From positions 1,792,001-1,856,000 of the forward strand of contig CAXXLQ010000004.1 in the NCBI GenBank assembly GCA_963668695.2: 64,000 nucleotides of DNA, in the 5' to 3' direction. Origin of the DNA: Vicinamibacteria bacterium. Lineage in GTDB: Bacteria; Acidobacteriota; Vicinamibacteria; Marinacidobacterales; Marinacidobacteraceae. The notes beneath the pieces are model-generated. The model searched no databases and was not told where the DNA came from. It saw only the letters and a list, made by a program, of their open reading frames with translations. The translations under genes were made by a program, and so were the position numbers. This document shows, in pieces, positions 31,131 through 44,274 of this stretch. How positions within the stretch are numbered: position 1 is the stretch's first letter; every line of letters begins with the position of its first letter.

Positions 31131-32672
31131 ATGCCGCTATCGCCGGGAACGCCGCCAGTTCTCCCGGTGGGGGCCTTCAGACCGTCATCGCCGCCGCAGG
31201 CGGCGCAACCACGCCCGTCCGATCTCTGCGCCACTCCGGCGACCGAACTCGCCCGCCGCATCGCCGGCCGCGAGGTCTCGGCGGTCGAGGTGATGAAGGC
31301 GCACCTCGCCCGGATTCATGACGTCAACCCGCGCCTGAATGCGATCGTCACGCTCCTCCCGGAGGAGGGGCTGCTCGCGGAAGCGGAGAATGCCGACCGG
31401 GCGGTGGCGGCGGGCGACCCGCTCGGGCCGCTCCACGGGCTCCCCGTCGCCCACAAGGACCTGACCCTCACCCGCGGGATCCGGACGACCTTCGGGTCCC
31501 CGATCTTTGCCGACTTCGTCCCCGAGGAGGACGCGCTGATCGTGGAGCGCCTGCGCGCGGCGGGCGCGATCACCATCGGCAAGACGAACACCCCGGAGTT
31601 CGGTGCCGGCTCGCAGACTTTCAACCCTGTCTTCGGCCCCACCAGGAACCCCTGGGACGAGACGAAGACCTGCGGGGGGAGCAGCGGGGGCGCCGCGGTG
31701 GCGCTCGCGACCGGGATGGTCCCGATCGCCGACGGCAGCGACTACGGCGGCTCGCTCCGCAACCCGGCGAGCTTCTGCGGGGTCGTTGGCCTCAGGCCCT
31801 CGCCCGGCCGGGTTCCGGTGTGGCCCAACGAGACCCCCTGGTACCCGGTCCCGGTGCAGGGGCCGATGGCGCGGAGCGCCGCCGACGCCGCCCTCATGCT
31901 GAGCGCCATCGCGGGGCCGGATCCCCGGGCGCCGCTTTCGTTGCCGGATCCGGGCGAGGTCTTCCGGCGCCCGCTCGACCGGGACTTTCGGGATGTCCGG
32001 GTGGCGTGGAGCGCGGATTTCGGCGGTGTCCCCTTCGACCCGCGCGTCCCGGCGGCGCTCGCCCCGGCGCGCAGCGCCCTCGAAGCGATTGGCTGCGCGG
32101 TGGAGGATGCCGACCCGGACCTGAGCGGCGCCGCCGAGGCGTTCGACCGCTGGCGGGCGTGGTACTTCGAACTGAACTGGGGTCCGCTACTCGACCGCCA
32201 CCGGGACGAAATGAAGGACACGGTGATCTGGAACATCGAGCAGGGCAGGGGGCTCAGCGCCTCGGCGCTGGCCGAGGCCTCCCGCCGCTGGACGGCGCTG
32301 CTCCGGCGGGTGCGCGCTTTCTTCGAGCGCTACGAGTTCTTCGTGCTGCCGGTGTCGCAGGTCCCGCCGTTCGACGTCACGGTCCCGTATCCCACCGAAG
32401 TCGCCGGGGTGCCGATGAAGACCTATACCGAGTGGATGGCGTCCTGCGCCTGGGTCTCACTTTTCGGCGCTCCCGCGGTCTCGGTTCCGGTCGGCGCCAC
32501 CCCCGAAGGGCTCCCGGTCGGCCTCCAGGTCGTCGGCCGCCCCCGCGACGACTTCGGCGTCCTGCAGCTCGCGCACGCCCTGGAGCAGGAGCCTCGGGTC
32601 GTCGCAGTGGCGGCCTCCGCGCGTCTCCGGCATCCTTCCGGCAGCAAATCCTCGGGGAGGACCGGCGCATGA
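31131..32672 (+). CDS. Amidase signature family protein (start uncertain)
   Basis: HKDL, GKTNTPEFG, GGSSGG, GSDYGGSLRNPA. Confidence 0.93.
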   Translation: MPLSPGTPPVLPVGAFRPSSPPQAAQPRPSDLCATPATELARRIAGREVSAVEVMKAHLARIHDVNPRLNAIVTLLPEEGLLAEAENADRAVAAGDPLGPLHGLPVAHKDLTLTRGIRTTFGSPIFADFVPEEDALIVERLRAAGAITIGKTNTPEFGAGSQTFNPVFGPTRNPWDETKTCGGSSGGAAVALATGMVPIADGSDYGGSLRNPASFCGVVGLRPSPGRVPVWPNETPWYPVPVQGPMARSAADAALMLSAIAGPDPRAPLSLPDPGEVFRRPLDRDFRDVRVAWSADFGGVPFDPRVPAALAPARSALEAIGCAVEDADPDLSGAAEAFDRWRAWYFELNWGPLLDRHRDEMKDTVIWNIEQGRGLSASALAEASRRWTALLRRVRAFFERYEFFVLPVSQVPPFDVTVPYPTEVAGVPMKTYTEWMASCAWVSLFGAPAVSVPVGATPEGLPVGLQVVGRPRDDFGVLQLAHALEQEPRVVAVAASARLRHPSGSKSSGRTGA

Positions 32673-33745
32673 CGTATCGGAATTTCAATCGGCTGGCTCC
32701 GGCCGCACTCTTTGCCTTCACTGCCTGCGGCGCCCCGCCGCCCGCGGAGGATCCGGCGCCGCCCGGCGCCATGGCCCACGAAGGCGCGGCCTTCGAGATC
32801 ACCGAGGTGCGCCCCGGGATCTGGCACGCGGTCGGCACCGGAGCCATGAACGTGGGAGCGAACGCCGCGATCGTGGACCTCGGCGAATCGCTGTTGCTGG
32901 TGGATTCCCACATCACTCCGGCGGCGGCGTGGGTGCTGCTCGAGGAGCTTTCGCCGCTGACCCCGAAGCCGGTGCGTTACGTGGTGAACACCCATTTCCA
33001 CTTCGACCACATCCACGGGAACCAGGTCTTCGGGGACGACGTGGAGATCCTCGGTCACGAGACCACCTACGACGTGGTCGCCAGCGGCGGTTCGGTATCC
33101 GGGACCGCCTGGAACGCATTCGTCGGCACCATTCCGGAGCAGATCGCGACGCTCGAGAGCCGGCTGGAGGCGGCGGCGGAGGCCGACCGCGTCGAGATCG
33201 CCGACGCCCTGGCGAGGACCCGGGCGTATCAGGAAGCTCTCGAAAGCATCACCCCGGTGGCGCCCACCATCACCCTCGACCGCCGGATGACTCTCCACCG
33301 GGGCGGCCAGGAGATCCAGCTCCTCTTCATGGGGTACGGGCACACCGCGGGGGACGTGGTGGTGTTCATGCCCGAGCAGAAGGTGCTGATGACCGGCGAT
33401 CTGATCCCCGCCGGGCTGCCCTTCATGGGGGATGGATATCCGGAGTGGGGCGAGACGATTCGGGCCTTCGCCGAACTGGACTTCGATCTGGTGCTCCCCG
33501 GCCATGGCCCGCCCTTCGAGGACAAGGCGAAGCTCGAGTACCTGGCCGCCTATCTGGATGACTTCTGGGCGCAGGCGGAAGCGGCCCACGGGGAAGGGGT
33601 CCCGGCCGCGGACGCCGCCGCCCGCATGGACCTCACCGCCCACGCGGAGCACTTCCCGTCCATGAGCGGACCGGGCGCACCCCAGATCGCCGTGGAACGC
33701 GCCTACCGCCTCTTCGACGCTCGCGCCCTCAACCCCGCTCCCTAG
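32669..33745 (+). CDS. MBL-fold metallo-hydrolase lipoprotein
   Basis: NTHFHFDH, GHTAGD, TGDL, PGHG; lipobox FTAC. Confidence 0.9.
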   Translation: MTYRNFNRLAPAALFAFTACGAPPPAEDPAPPGAMAHEGAAFEITEVRPGIWHAVGTGAMNVGANAAIVDLGESLLLVDSHITPAAAWVLLEELSPLTPKPVRYVVNTHFHFDHIHGNQVFGDDVEILGHETTYDVVASGGSVSGTAWNAFVGTIPEQIATLESRLEAAAEADRVEIADALARTRAYQEALESITPVAPTITLDRRMTLHRGGQEIQLLFMGYGHTAGDVVVFMPEQKVLMTGDLIPAGLPFMGDGYPEWGETIRAFAELDFDLVLPGHGPPFEDKAKLEYLAAYLDDFWAQAEAAHGEGVPAADAAARMDLTAHAEHFPSMSGPGAPQIAVERAYRLFDARALNPAP

Positions 33746-33749
33746 CTAG

Positions 33750-33870
33750 CCCGGCATCGCGGCCGCAGGCCGCGAAACTCTCATCGCCGAGCGCGCAGAA
33801 GCGCGGGGACGGCTTGGAACGCCGGTGTTCACACCGGCATCGCGGCCCGGAAGGCCGCGAAACTCCCAGC
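33750..33870. repeat. REP-like family B cluster (no 21-bp insert)
   Basis: CCGGCATCGCGGCC..GCGAAACTC twice; GGAACGCCGGTGTTCACACCGGC. Confidence 0.8.
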
Positions 33871-33965
33871 GCCAATCTGCCTGGATCGCGCGCCAGCACG
33901 GGAACCCCCGCCGGAGAAACGCTCGAGATCCAGACCGCCTGCAGCCCGCGGTTGGCCCGAGCTAG

Positions 33966-35539
33966 GAGTCTGCGCCGCAGGAAGTTCTTGCGGCTGAGTG
34001 GTTGAGGGATTGTCAAGTTGTAGGAGGTCTGTTCTGGTACGGGTAGGAGGTTGAGGATGCCGACGAGATTTCGTGCGTATCAGCCGGATCAGATTCTGCT
34101 GATGCCGCCGAAGGTGAGGGACTGGGTTCCGGAGGGGCACTTGGCGCACCAAGTGAGCGATGTGGTGGATTCGCTGGATCTTTCGGCGTTTTACGCTCCC
34201 TATGAGGGGGACGGTCGTCGGAACGCGCCGTATTCGCCGACGATGATGGTGAAGGTGTTGATCTACGGGTATGCGACAGGGGTTTTCTCGTCGCGGGGGA
34301 TAGCGCGGAAGCTGGAAGAGGACGTGGCGTTTCGGATGCTGGCGGCGGGGAACTTTCCCAAGCACCGGACGATCTGCGAGTTCCGGCATCGTCATCTGTC
34401 GGACTTCCGGGCGATGTTTTTGGAGGTGGTTCGGGTGTCGCGGGAGATGGGGCTGGTTCGCTTCGGGACACTCTCGATCGACGGGACGAAGGTGCGTGCG
34501 AACGCGAGCAAGCGGAAGGCGATGAGCTACGACCGGATGTTGCAGGAGGAGGCGCGCTTGGAGGAGGAGATCGCGGGGTTGTTGTCGGCGGCGACGCAGA
34601 CGGATGAGGAGGAGGATCGACGCTTCGGGAAGGGGGATCGGGGGGACGAACTGCCGGAGGAGTTGCGGCGTCGGGAGCAGCGTCTGTTGGCGATACGGGA
34701 GGCGAAGGAGCGTCTGGAAGCGGCGCAGCGGCGGGCCGATGACGACCGGGGGCGGACGCCGGGCTCGGGTCGTTCTTCGGGGGGCAGGAAGCCTTACAAG
34801 CGGAGCTACGGCGAGCCGGACGCGAAGGCGCAGAGCAACTTCACGGATCCGGAGAGCCGGATCATGAAGACGAGCGCGGAGGGGTTCCAGCAGTGCTACA
34901 ACGCCCAGACGGTGGTGGACGACGCGAAGCAGATGGTGGTGGCGACGGCGGTCGGATCGGGAGCGAGCGACCAGGGGCAGATGCTTCCTTTGCTGGACGC
35001 GGTGGCGGCGGGCTTCGGCGCGACGCCGGAGGAGGTGCTGGCGGATGCGGGCTACTGCAGCGAGGGGGACCTCTTGGCACTTGAGGAGCGGGGCATTGCG
35101 GGGTATGTGGCGCTGGGGCGCGAGGGGAAGGAGCGGGCTGCGGTGGATCCGGCGAGACGGCCGGCGACGCATCGGATGGGGCAAAAACTGATGACGCCGG
35201 CGGGCCGGACTCGTTACGCGCGGCGCAAGTGGCTTTCGGAGGCGCCGAACGGCTGGATCAAGGAGGTGCTTGGTTTTCGTCGTTTCAGCTTCCGAGGTCT
35301 GGAGAAAGTGCAGGCGGAGTGGGACCTGGTCTGCCTGGCGCTAAACATCCGACGGATGGGCGCCTTGGCAGCCTGCTGATGGAAGCCCCGAAGACCCGTT
35401 GCGGAGGACGCCGCCGGGAGATGCACCTAGGTAGCGCGCGAAAGCGACCGCTTGAGCCGAAATCACCTCCCATTTCGGTCGGATGTCCGCCAACCAACGC
35501 CGCCCGTACTCCGCGCGAAAACTCCTGCGGCCCAGGCTG
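33966..35539 (+). mobile_element. IS1182-family insertion sequence with CTAG target duplication
   Basis: CTAG|GAGTCTGCGCCGCAGGA..TCCTGCGGCCCAGGCTG|CTAG. Confidence 0.9.
34057..35379 (+). CDS. IS1182-family DDE transposase
   Basis: YGYATGVFSSRGIA, IDGTKVRANAS, TDPESRIM, YNAQ, ADAGY. Confidence 0.95.
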   Translation: MPTRFRAYQPDQILLMPPKVRDWVPEGHLAHQVSDVVDSLDLSAFYAPYEGDGRRNAPYSPTMMVKVLIYGYATGVFSSRGIARKLEEDVAFRMLAAGNFPKHRTICEFRHRHLSDFRAMFLEVVRVSREMGLVRFGTLSIDGTKVRANASKRKAMSYDRMLQEEARLEEEIAGLLSAATQTDEEEDRRFGKGDRGDELPEELRRREQRLLAIREAKERLEAAQRRADDDRGRTPGSGRSSGGRKPYKRSYGEPDAKAQSNFTDPESRIMKTSAEGFQQCYNAQTVVDDAKQMVVATAVGSGASDQGQMLPLLDAVAAGFGATPEEVLADAGYCSEGDLLALEERGIAGYVALGREGKERAAVDPARRPATHRMGQKLMTPAGRTRYARRKWLSEAPNGWIKEVLGFRRFSFRGLEKVQAEWDLVCLALNIRRMGALAAC

Positions 35540-36232
35540 CTAGGGCGCAGCGAATCCCGCGTCGCGGTGCGAGCCGTCGCAGAAGGGCTTGTCCTTCGAA
35601 CATCCGCACCGGCAGAGTGCTCCCCGGTCGAGCGTGACCCTCGCGCCCCCGCGACCGGCGATGGTGAGGGGGCCGCGGAAGAGCAGCGGTCCGTTCGGCT
35701 GGGGGGTGAACCGCACCGGAGCCATCTCGTCGCTGACCGGCGGCGTCGCCCCGGCGCGGGGCGAGACCTCGGCCCCGCAGCGGAATCCGACGCGCGCGTG
35801 CGACTGGTCGCAGAGGGGCTTGTTCTCCGAAGCCCCGCACCGGCAGAAACCGACCCGCGTGTCCCGCAGGATCTCGGCGCCCGGCGTCTCTTCGATTTCG
35901 AGGTTGCCGCGCGCGTAGAGCGGCCCATCCGGCACGACGGAGAGCGAGTTCTTGTTTCGCGGCGTTTCGGGAAGGATGGTCGCGGCCGCTTCGGCGCCCG
36001 GCGCTACTCGTTCGTCCGTGGCCGCCGCCATGCGGAGCGCCCCGGTAGGACAGCCCAGCACGACTCTTTCGAGCCGTTTCGGATCGCCCTCGTCCGGCAG
36101 GATCCAGGGGCGGCGCGAGACATCGAATACCTGAGGCAGCCCCCGGACGCAAACCTCCGCGTGGATGCAGCGGTGCGTGTCGAAGGTGACCGAGGCCTCG
36201 TTGCCCCGGTAGTGGCGAACCCGACTCTTCAT
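35540..36232 (-). CDS. Divergent 4Fe-4S monocluster domain + two CDGSH Fe-S domains
   Basis: CIHAEVC..CPTGAL; CRCGASENKPLCDQSH; CRCGCSKDKPFCDGSH. Confidence 0.9.
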   Translation of the reverse strand: MKSRVRHYRGNEASVTFDTHRCIHAEVCVRGLPQVFDVSRRPWILPDEGDPKRLERVVLGCPTGALRMAAATDERVAPGAEAAATILPETPRNKNSLSVVPDGPLYARGNLEIEETPGAEILRDTRVGFCRCGASENKPLCDQSHARVGFRCGAEVSPRAGATPPVSDEMAPVRFTPQPNGPLLFRGPLTIAGRGGARVTLDRGALCRCGCSKDKPFCDGSHRDAGFAAP

Positions 36233-36247
36233 TTCTGGAACTCTAGG

Positions 36248-36916
36248 TCAGCCCTTCGCCCGCTCCGCCCTCAGCGCGTGGATGTGCTCGTACATGTACC
36301 AAACGCCGATGCTCCGGAACGGCCGCCAACCGTCGCTGATCCGCTCGTACTCCTCGGCCCCCGCGTCGTCCGCCAGCCCGTAGAGATCCCGCATCGCCGC
36401 GAGCACCGCGGCGTCCCCCGGCGCGAAGACGTCCGGCCGGTTCTGGGTGAAGATGAGGTGCATGTCGGCGGTCCAGTTGCCGATCCCCTTCACCGCGGTG
36501 AGCGCCGCGCGGACGCCGTCATCCTCCATGGACTCCAGGGCCGCGAGGTCCAGCTCCCCGCTCTCCACCCGCGACGCCAGATTGCGCAGGTAGGCAATCT
36601 TCTGCCGCGATAGCCCCACCCGTCGGAGCGTCGCCTCCCGCCGCCGGAGGATGTCCCGCGGCTCGGGAGCCTCGTCCCGGGTGAGCGCCCAGAGCCGTTT
36701 GTGGATCGTCCGGGCCGCCGCCGCCGAGATCTGCTGCGCCACGATCGCGCCCACCAGGGTCCCGAACGAGTTCGGGCGGGGGGCGAGCGTGCAGGGCCCG
36801 ATCCGGCGGATCAGCGCGCCGAGAACCGGGTCGCGCCGCGACAGTTGGCTGGTCGCCTCGGACCAGTCCGGCTGGCTGTCAGCCGAGGAGCTCCACGGTC
36901 CCTCATCCGGCGTCAT
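36248..36916 (-). CDS. alkA: DNA-3-methyladenine glycosylase II (HhH-GPD)
   Basis: IVAQQIS, VKGIGNWTA, PDVFAPGD, WRPFRS. Confidence 0.88.
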   Translation of the reverse strand: MTPDEGPWSSSADSQPDWSEATSQLSRRDPVLGALIRRIGPCTLAPRPNSFGTLVGAIVAQQISAAAARTIHKRLWALTRDEAPEPRDILRRREATLRRVGLSRQKIAYLRNLASRVESGELDLAALESMEDDGVRAALTAVKGIGNWTADMHLIFTQNRPDVFAPGDAAVLAAMRDLYGLADDAGAEEYERISDGWRPFRSIGVWYMYEHIHALRAERAKG

Positions 36917-36960
36917 GGGCGGCGAAGTCTAAGGGTGGGGCAGTGCAATACTGCGGAACC

Positions 36961-38079
36961 ATGCGCCTCCGCTGGACCGAGATCCTCTGGAACGGGATCC
37001 TCCTGACCATCGTCGCGGCGGCACTACTGGCCACGCCGGCAGACGGCTACCGGTTCTTCGCGCGCCACGGCGGGCTCCACCGGATTGCGTCGGTGGCCGG
37101 CGCGATCCGCTGGGACGCCTCGGCGTTTCCGCTGCGGTTCCGGCTCCTCGAAAACGGCAACCTGCCGGACTTCGAGGGTCTCGACGCCGCGCTCTGGCGC
37201 GAGAGCGTGGAACGCGGCCTCCGCGCCTGGGCCGAAATCGGGACGGCCGACCTGGAACTGGTCCTGGATGAAGAAACGGTCGCCGACGACCAGGGCCGGG
37301 CGGGCGATGCGATCAACACCATCGGGTTTTCTTCGGCGGAGCGCGTCGCGGGCGGGCCCTTCGCCACCGCCGATGTGCAGTACACCGGAGGACGGGTGAC
37401 CGGCTGCGACGTTCACTTCAGTCCGGGATATCTCGATGGGTGGCCCGACGACGACGCGGCCGCGCGTGCGCAGGCGGCGGACCATCTGGCCCGGACCGTG
37501 ATGCACGAGGTGGGGCACTGCCTCGGGCTCGCCCACAGCGCGATGAATCCCACCTGGCTCGCCCGCCCCGAAACGATGGAACACCCCGAGGGGGATTTCC
37601 CGGAAGGCGTCACGAGCCTTCAGCCCCACCCGCGCATGTCCTACGGCACGATCCGCACGGTCACCCTGGAGCCCGATGACGCGGTCGGGGCGTCGCTCCT
37701 CTACCCGGCGCCGGGCTTTCTCGATTCCCGGGGGTCGCTCACCGGCCGGGTGGTGCTCGCGAGCGGCGAACCGGCTCCGTTCGTGTACGTGACGAGTGTC
37801 ATGTACACCGCCGACGGCGCGTTGTTCGGCCCGGGGGCGTTCACCGACTCCTGGGGGCAGTTCCTCCTCGAGGGTCTGGAGCCCGGCTTCCGCCACTTCT
37901 GGATCCGCCCGCTGCACCAACTGCTCGCCCACTCGTTCATCGGCGAGGCGGCGGGCGCCGGCACCCTCGAACTCCAGCACGAGCAGCGCTGGTTCGAGAT
38001 TCGTGCTGGAGAAACCACCCGGGCGCCGGACATCACGGTCCACCCCGCCCGCGACCGACGACGGGAGACGAGTCCGTGA
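36961..38079 (+). CDS. Secreted matrixin-like metalloprotease
   Basis: HEVGHCLGLAH zinc motif; signal peptide. Confidence 0.85.
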   Translation: MRLRWTEILWNGILLTIVAAALLATPADGYRFFARHGGLHRIASVAGAIRWDASAFPLRFRLLENGNLPDFEGLDAALWRESVERGLRAWAEIGTADLELVLDEETVADDQGRAGDAINTIGFSSAERVAGGPFATADVQYTGGRVTGCDVHFSPGYLDGWPDDDAAARAQAADHLARTVMHEVGHCLGLAHSAMNPTWLARPETMEHPEGDFPEGVTSLQPHPRMSYGTIRTVTLEPDDAVGASLLYPAPGFLDSRGSLTGRVVLASGEPAPFVYVTSVMYTADGALFGPGAFTDSWGQFLLEGLEPGFRHFWIRPLHQLLAHSFIGEAAGAGTLELQHEQRWFEIRAGETTRAPDITVHPARDRRRETSP

Positions 38080-38989
38080 AGCGGCTCGTCGCGGGGCTCC
38101 TCCTCGCGTTCCTCGCCCTTGCCGGATGCGGTGACGATGCGGTGGTCACTCCTACCCCGCTCCCCCCGCCACCGCCTCCGCCCGGACCGTCGCCCCCGCC
38201 GCAGCCGGATCCCGACGCCATTCCGGTCGGTTTCGGCGGCGTGCTGCCCGCGCCGGGAACGGCGCTGACCCTCCACCCGGGGACCGAGTTCCTGATTCCG
38301 GTGATGGCGGACGCCGATCTGAGCGACTACGTGCGGCGTTCCGGCTGGACCGGCATTCCGGTACGGGTCGTGACCGACGCGCCGGCGGATGTCCTTTCCG
38401 TCTCCGGCGAGGTATCGGCCCAGGGCTGGGAGGACCCCGCGCTGCTGGCGATCCGGGCGCTGGAACCTGTGGAACCGGCCGGCTTCGACGAGACCTATGA
38501 GGTCCGCCTCGAACCTCCGCCGGAGGGCTTTCCCGAGCTGTTCGGGCTGTCCTTCCGGCTGGAAGCGGAACCCGTCCAGGTCCGGATCGCGGACCCGGGG
38601 CCGGACGGAGGTGGACTGCGACGGTCTTTCCCTCGCGGTTACGGGGGCCGTTCGCCGCGGCGATGGGGGTGCGGTCGGTGTCTCGTGGTTCGGGGACATC
38701 GGCAGCGACTACCGATCCGCCGACTTGACCCTGCGCTCTCCCATCGCAGGGGCCGAACTCCGCCTCGTGTCGGACTACCAGCCACTCCCGTACCGCGACT
38801 TCGGGGATGCCTACAACCTGTTCCCGGTCATGTTCGCCTTCGACCTCGATCTCGAGGAGACCCCGGCCGGTTTCGAGCAGACCCTCTCCGTCGCCTGGTT
38901 CGACGAGCTGCAAGCTGCGCGCCGCAGCTCCGGGCTGCGCCCCGATCGAGCTCCAATGCACCGCCCGCGGCCGCTGCCGAACGCGCTGA
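38076..38989 (+). pseudogene. Proline-linker lipoprotein with two apparent frameshifts
   Basis: Lipobox LAGC; coding-like sequence switches frame near 38600 and 38910. Confidence 0.6.
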
Positions 38990-39270
38990 GGGGTGCCGTG
39001 CAGGGAACGCCGGTCTTCAGACCGGGATTTGTCGCCCGACAGGGCGACAAATCCCGCGCACTACGATTGCCGTCGGTAACGCCTTACGGCGGGTGGCGAC
39101 TGATTTCCGGCAATTGCGCAGCCGCGATAGCTGTCTCCTTGAAGTTGCGCTACAGGACCTAATAGACTGCTTTAAGTCTAGGTCTTCAACTCTAGTCTAA
39201 TCCTATGTTTTACACTTCATTACGGCTTGGATCGGCAGTCGCGTCCACTCGGTGCCTCCTCTCTTAGGTC

Positions 39271-39998
39271 ATGGCCACCACCACCGAAATCGAGTGGACC
39301 GACTCGACATGGAACCCGGTCACGGGTTGTACCCAGGTCGGCCCTGGATGCGACAACTGCTACGCGCTCAGGTTTGCGGAGCGGTGGCGCGGAATCGCCG
39401 ATCATCCCTACGAGCAGGGGTTCGACTTACGGCTCTGGCCATCACGACTGACCCACCCGCTGGGGTGGCGGCGGCCAAAGAGAATCTTCGTCAACTCGAT
39501 GAGCGATCTGTTTCACAAGAACGTGCCGGGAGAGTTCGTCGATGCCATCTTCGAAGTCATGGAAAAGGCCGACTGGCACACCTACCAGATTCTCACCAAG
39601 CGGAGCTCGCTCATGCGGAACTATGTTCGGCAGAGATATGCCTCGGACACTGTGCCTAGTCACATTTGGCCCGGTGTGTCGGTCGAGGATGCGGCGCACA
39701 AGGTCCGAATTGAGCACCTGCAGCAGATCAATTCGCCTGCGCGCTTTGTTTTTCCTTCGAACCACTGTTAGGCCCTATTGGTTCAGTGAATCTCTCTGGG
39801 ATTGCATGGGCTATCGTGGGCGGTGAGAGCGGGCCTGGTGCTCGGCGGATGGACGAGAACTGGGCTACCGAACTGCGGGACAGGTGTCAGGAGGAGAAGG
39901 TGGCCTTCTTCTTCAAGCAGTGGGGGGGCGTAAGGCCCAAATCAGGGGGCCGCCTCCTAGTTGGCGAAGAATGGAACGAATTCCCCGACATGTCATAG
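39271..39998 (+). pseudogene. DUF5131 (phage Gp37/Gp68, three-Cys motif) protein, frameshifted near 39750
   Basis: IEWTDSTWNPVTGC..GCDNCYA; FVNSMSDLFH; WAIVGGESG and FFFKQWG in another frame. Confidence 0.88.
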
Positions 39999-40029
39999 AT
40001 CGTCGCAGCACCAAGTACAGCTCATCGCA

Positions 40030-41178
40030 ATGACGGCCGCCCCTGGACAGTACCTCGGCAAAGAACAGTCCTATATCAAACACTGTTTCTTGACTAGGTA
40101 CCTCAAGATCGCAGCCTACAAGATTCTCCAGGGCCGTTCTCGTATCTTCAATTATGTGGACGCTTTCGCGGGCCCTTGGCGGACCGCCGATAAAGATGAT
40201 TACTCTGATGCATCGTTTCATCAGGCGGTACAGACCCTCGAGTCCGTGAGGGCGGACTTAGGCATCAGAGGCTTGGAAGGTCTACGAGTCCGCTCCTTCT
40301 TCTGTGAGAAGCGTCCGGACGCGGCTCGCGTGCTTCAGGGGTACGCCAAGCGGCACAGGAGACTCAATATTCACGTCTTCCAAGGGTCCTATGAGGACCA
40401 CCTTCAACAGATTGAAGAGGCCTGTTCCGATGGATTCACGTTCACGTTTATTGATCCGACTGGCTGGAATATCGATTCAGGTGCCATTCTCAATCATTTG
40501 GCCCGACTGAAAGGTGAGTACTTGCTCAACTTCATGGCTGAGGACATCAACCGCTACGCAGAGTACTCTGCTGTCACCGCATCATTTGGACGGTTTCTAG
40601 CAGATCCAGACTGGCAGAGTGACTACGAACGACTCCCGTCAGACTGGACCAACGAGGCGAATAATGTTCCTGCTGCAGCGAAGGATGAAGGAGACGGAAG
40701 CCGCCACTTACCTTCCAGCAATCACCATCAAGAGACCAAGAATGAACCGCATCAAGATGCGCCTGATGCTTGGTACTCACTCAACGTTCGGTGTCGATGT
40801 GTTCCGCGATGTGCAATTTCGTTGAAAAGGAGGAAATGGCGATTCGAACATCGCTTGCGACAGGAGAGGGCCGAGCGGCCACGTCTCTTCCACGGATGTG
40901 TATCTGGCCGAAGTGCAGCAGGAGCTGCGGGGTGTAGGGTGTCCGCCTCAGACGACTGCCAGTAGGGTGATGACATGGCGGCTTGGTGAGTGCAAAGACA
41001 TGTCCTTTCGTGATTAGCCGTGCGTACACTCGAGGCTGTTCCTATTCGAAAAACGCAGATCAAGACCGCTATTGCTCGCGAGCTGAAAGTGCAGCGGGTA
41101 GTAGATTTCGATCTACCCGAGAGGAAGAGAGTTCCGCAGGAGGATACGCGCATTAGATTGAGTGATCGCGACACGTAG
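40030..41178 (+). pseudogene. tcmP: Three-Cys-motif partner TcmP, multiply frameshifted
   Basis: KHCFLTRYL, YVDAFAGPW, FIDPTGW, EYLLNFM; adjacent to DUF5131. Confidence 0.8.
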
Positions 41179-41465
41179 GCCCTATCAGTTTCCTCACCGG
41201 AGACGGCGGTCGTCGGGCCGCAGCCTGGTTGTGGGGACGAAATGAAGGTCGTGGCGCTGCAGTACACCGGCGAGAACTGGAAAAATTGGCGTCTCACTCC
41301 GTCGTAGACTCGGCGGCCCGACCCGGAGATGGTGCGAGTTTCGCGGCCCTCCGGGCCGCGATGCCGGTCTGAAGACCGGCGGTCCCTAGCCAACCCGCCG
41401 CCCGGCCCGGTCGGAGTTCCGGCCCCACTTTCCCCCCTTCTCGGATCGCCCACCTCCGTGCTAGA

Positions 41466-41490
41466 ATATGCGACCTAATTAGTCGGATTT
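41466..41490. promoter_or_regulatory. IscR/Rrf2-type operator upstream of the suf operon
   Basis: ATGCGAC-CTAATTA-GTCGGAT imperfect palindrome next to TAGAAT; resembles an IscR type-1 site. Confidence 0.6.
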
Positions 41491-41581
41491 AGGCTGCCTG
41501 TTTGACCTCACGGTCTGATCCTTCCGGGCGTCAGCCCGTGGCGGAGCGAGCCCGCCGGCGCCGATCCGACCCCCCAACACC

Positions 41582-42037
41582 ATGATCCGACTCTCCAAGA
41601 GCACCGACTACGCCCTGATGGCGTTGGCCGATCTCGCCCTTTTGCCTGGGCGAGAGACCCTGAGCGCCCGGCGCGTCGCCGAAAGCCACAACCTGCCGCC
41701 GGAACTCGCCGCCAAGGTGCTCCAGGGGCTCAAGAAGAGCGGCATCGTGGAGACGCGGCAGGGAATCCACGGCGGCTACCGGCTCGCGCGTCCGCCTGAA
41801 CAGATTCGGATCACCGAGGTGATCGAGTCCATCGAGGGGCCGCTGGCGCTCGTCGAGTGCATCCTTGATGACAACACCTGCATCCTCACCCCCACCTGCT
41901 CGGTGCGCACCCCGCTGACCCGGGTTCACGAGCGGGTGCTCGCCACCCTCGCCGAACTGACCCTCGTGCAAATCCTTGCCGACTCCGACCTTTCCGGCCC
42001 GCGCGCCAGCGGGCCGGAACTCTCCGTCCTCCAGTAG
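41582..42037 (+). CDS. Rrf2-family Fe-S cluster regulator
   Basis: [21 protein letters not shown], three Cys. Confidence 0.92.
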   Translation: MIRLSKSTDYALMALADLALLPGRETLSARRVAESHNLPPELAAKVLQGLKKSGIVETRQGIHGGYRLARPPEQIRITEVIESIEGPLALVECILDDNTCILTPTCSVRTPLTRVHERVLATLAELTLVQILADSDLSGPRASGPELSVLQ

Positions 42038-42048
42038 GAAACCAATCC

Positions 42049-44270
<2,222 letters not shown>

Positions 44271-44274
44271 GGTC

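Noticed and set aside
41265-41280. CACCGGCGAGAACTGG resembling the 21-mer
   Set aside because: Partial match with an indel and no hairpin host; probably chance.
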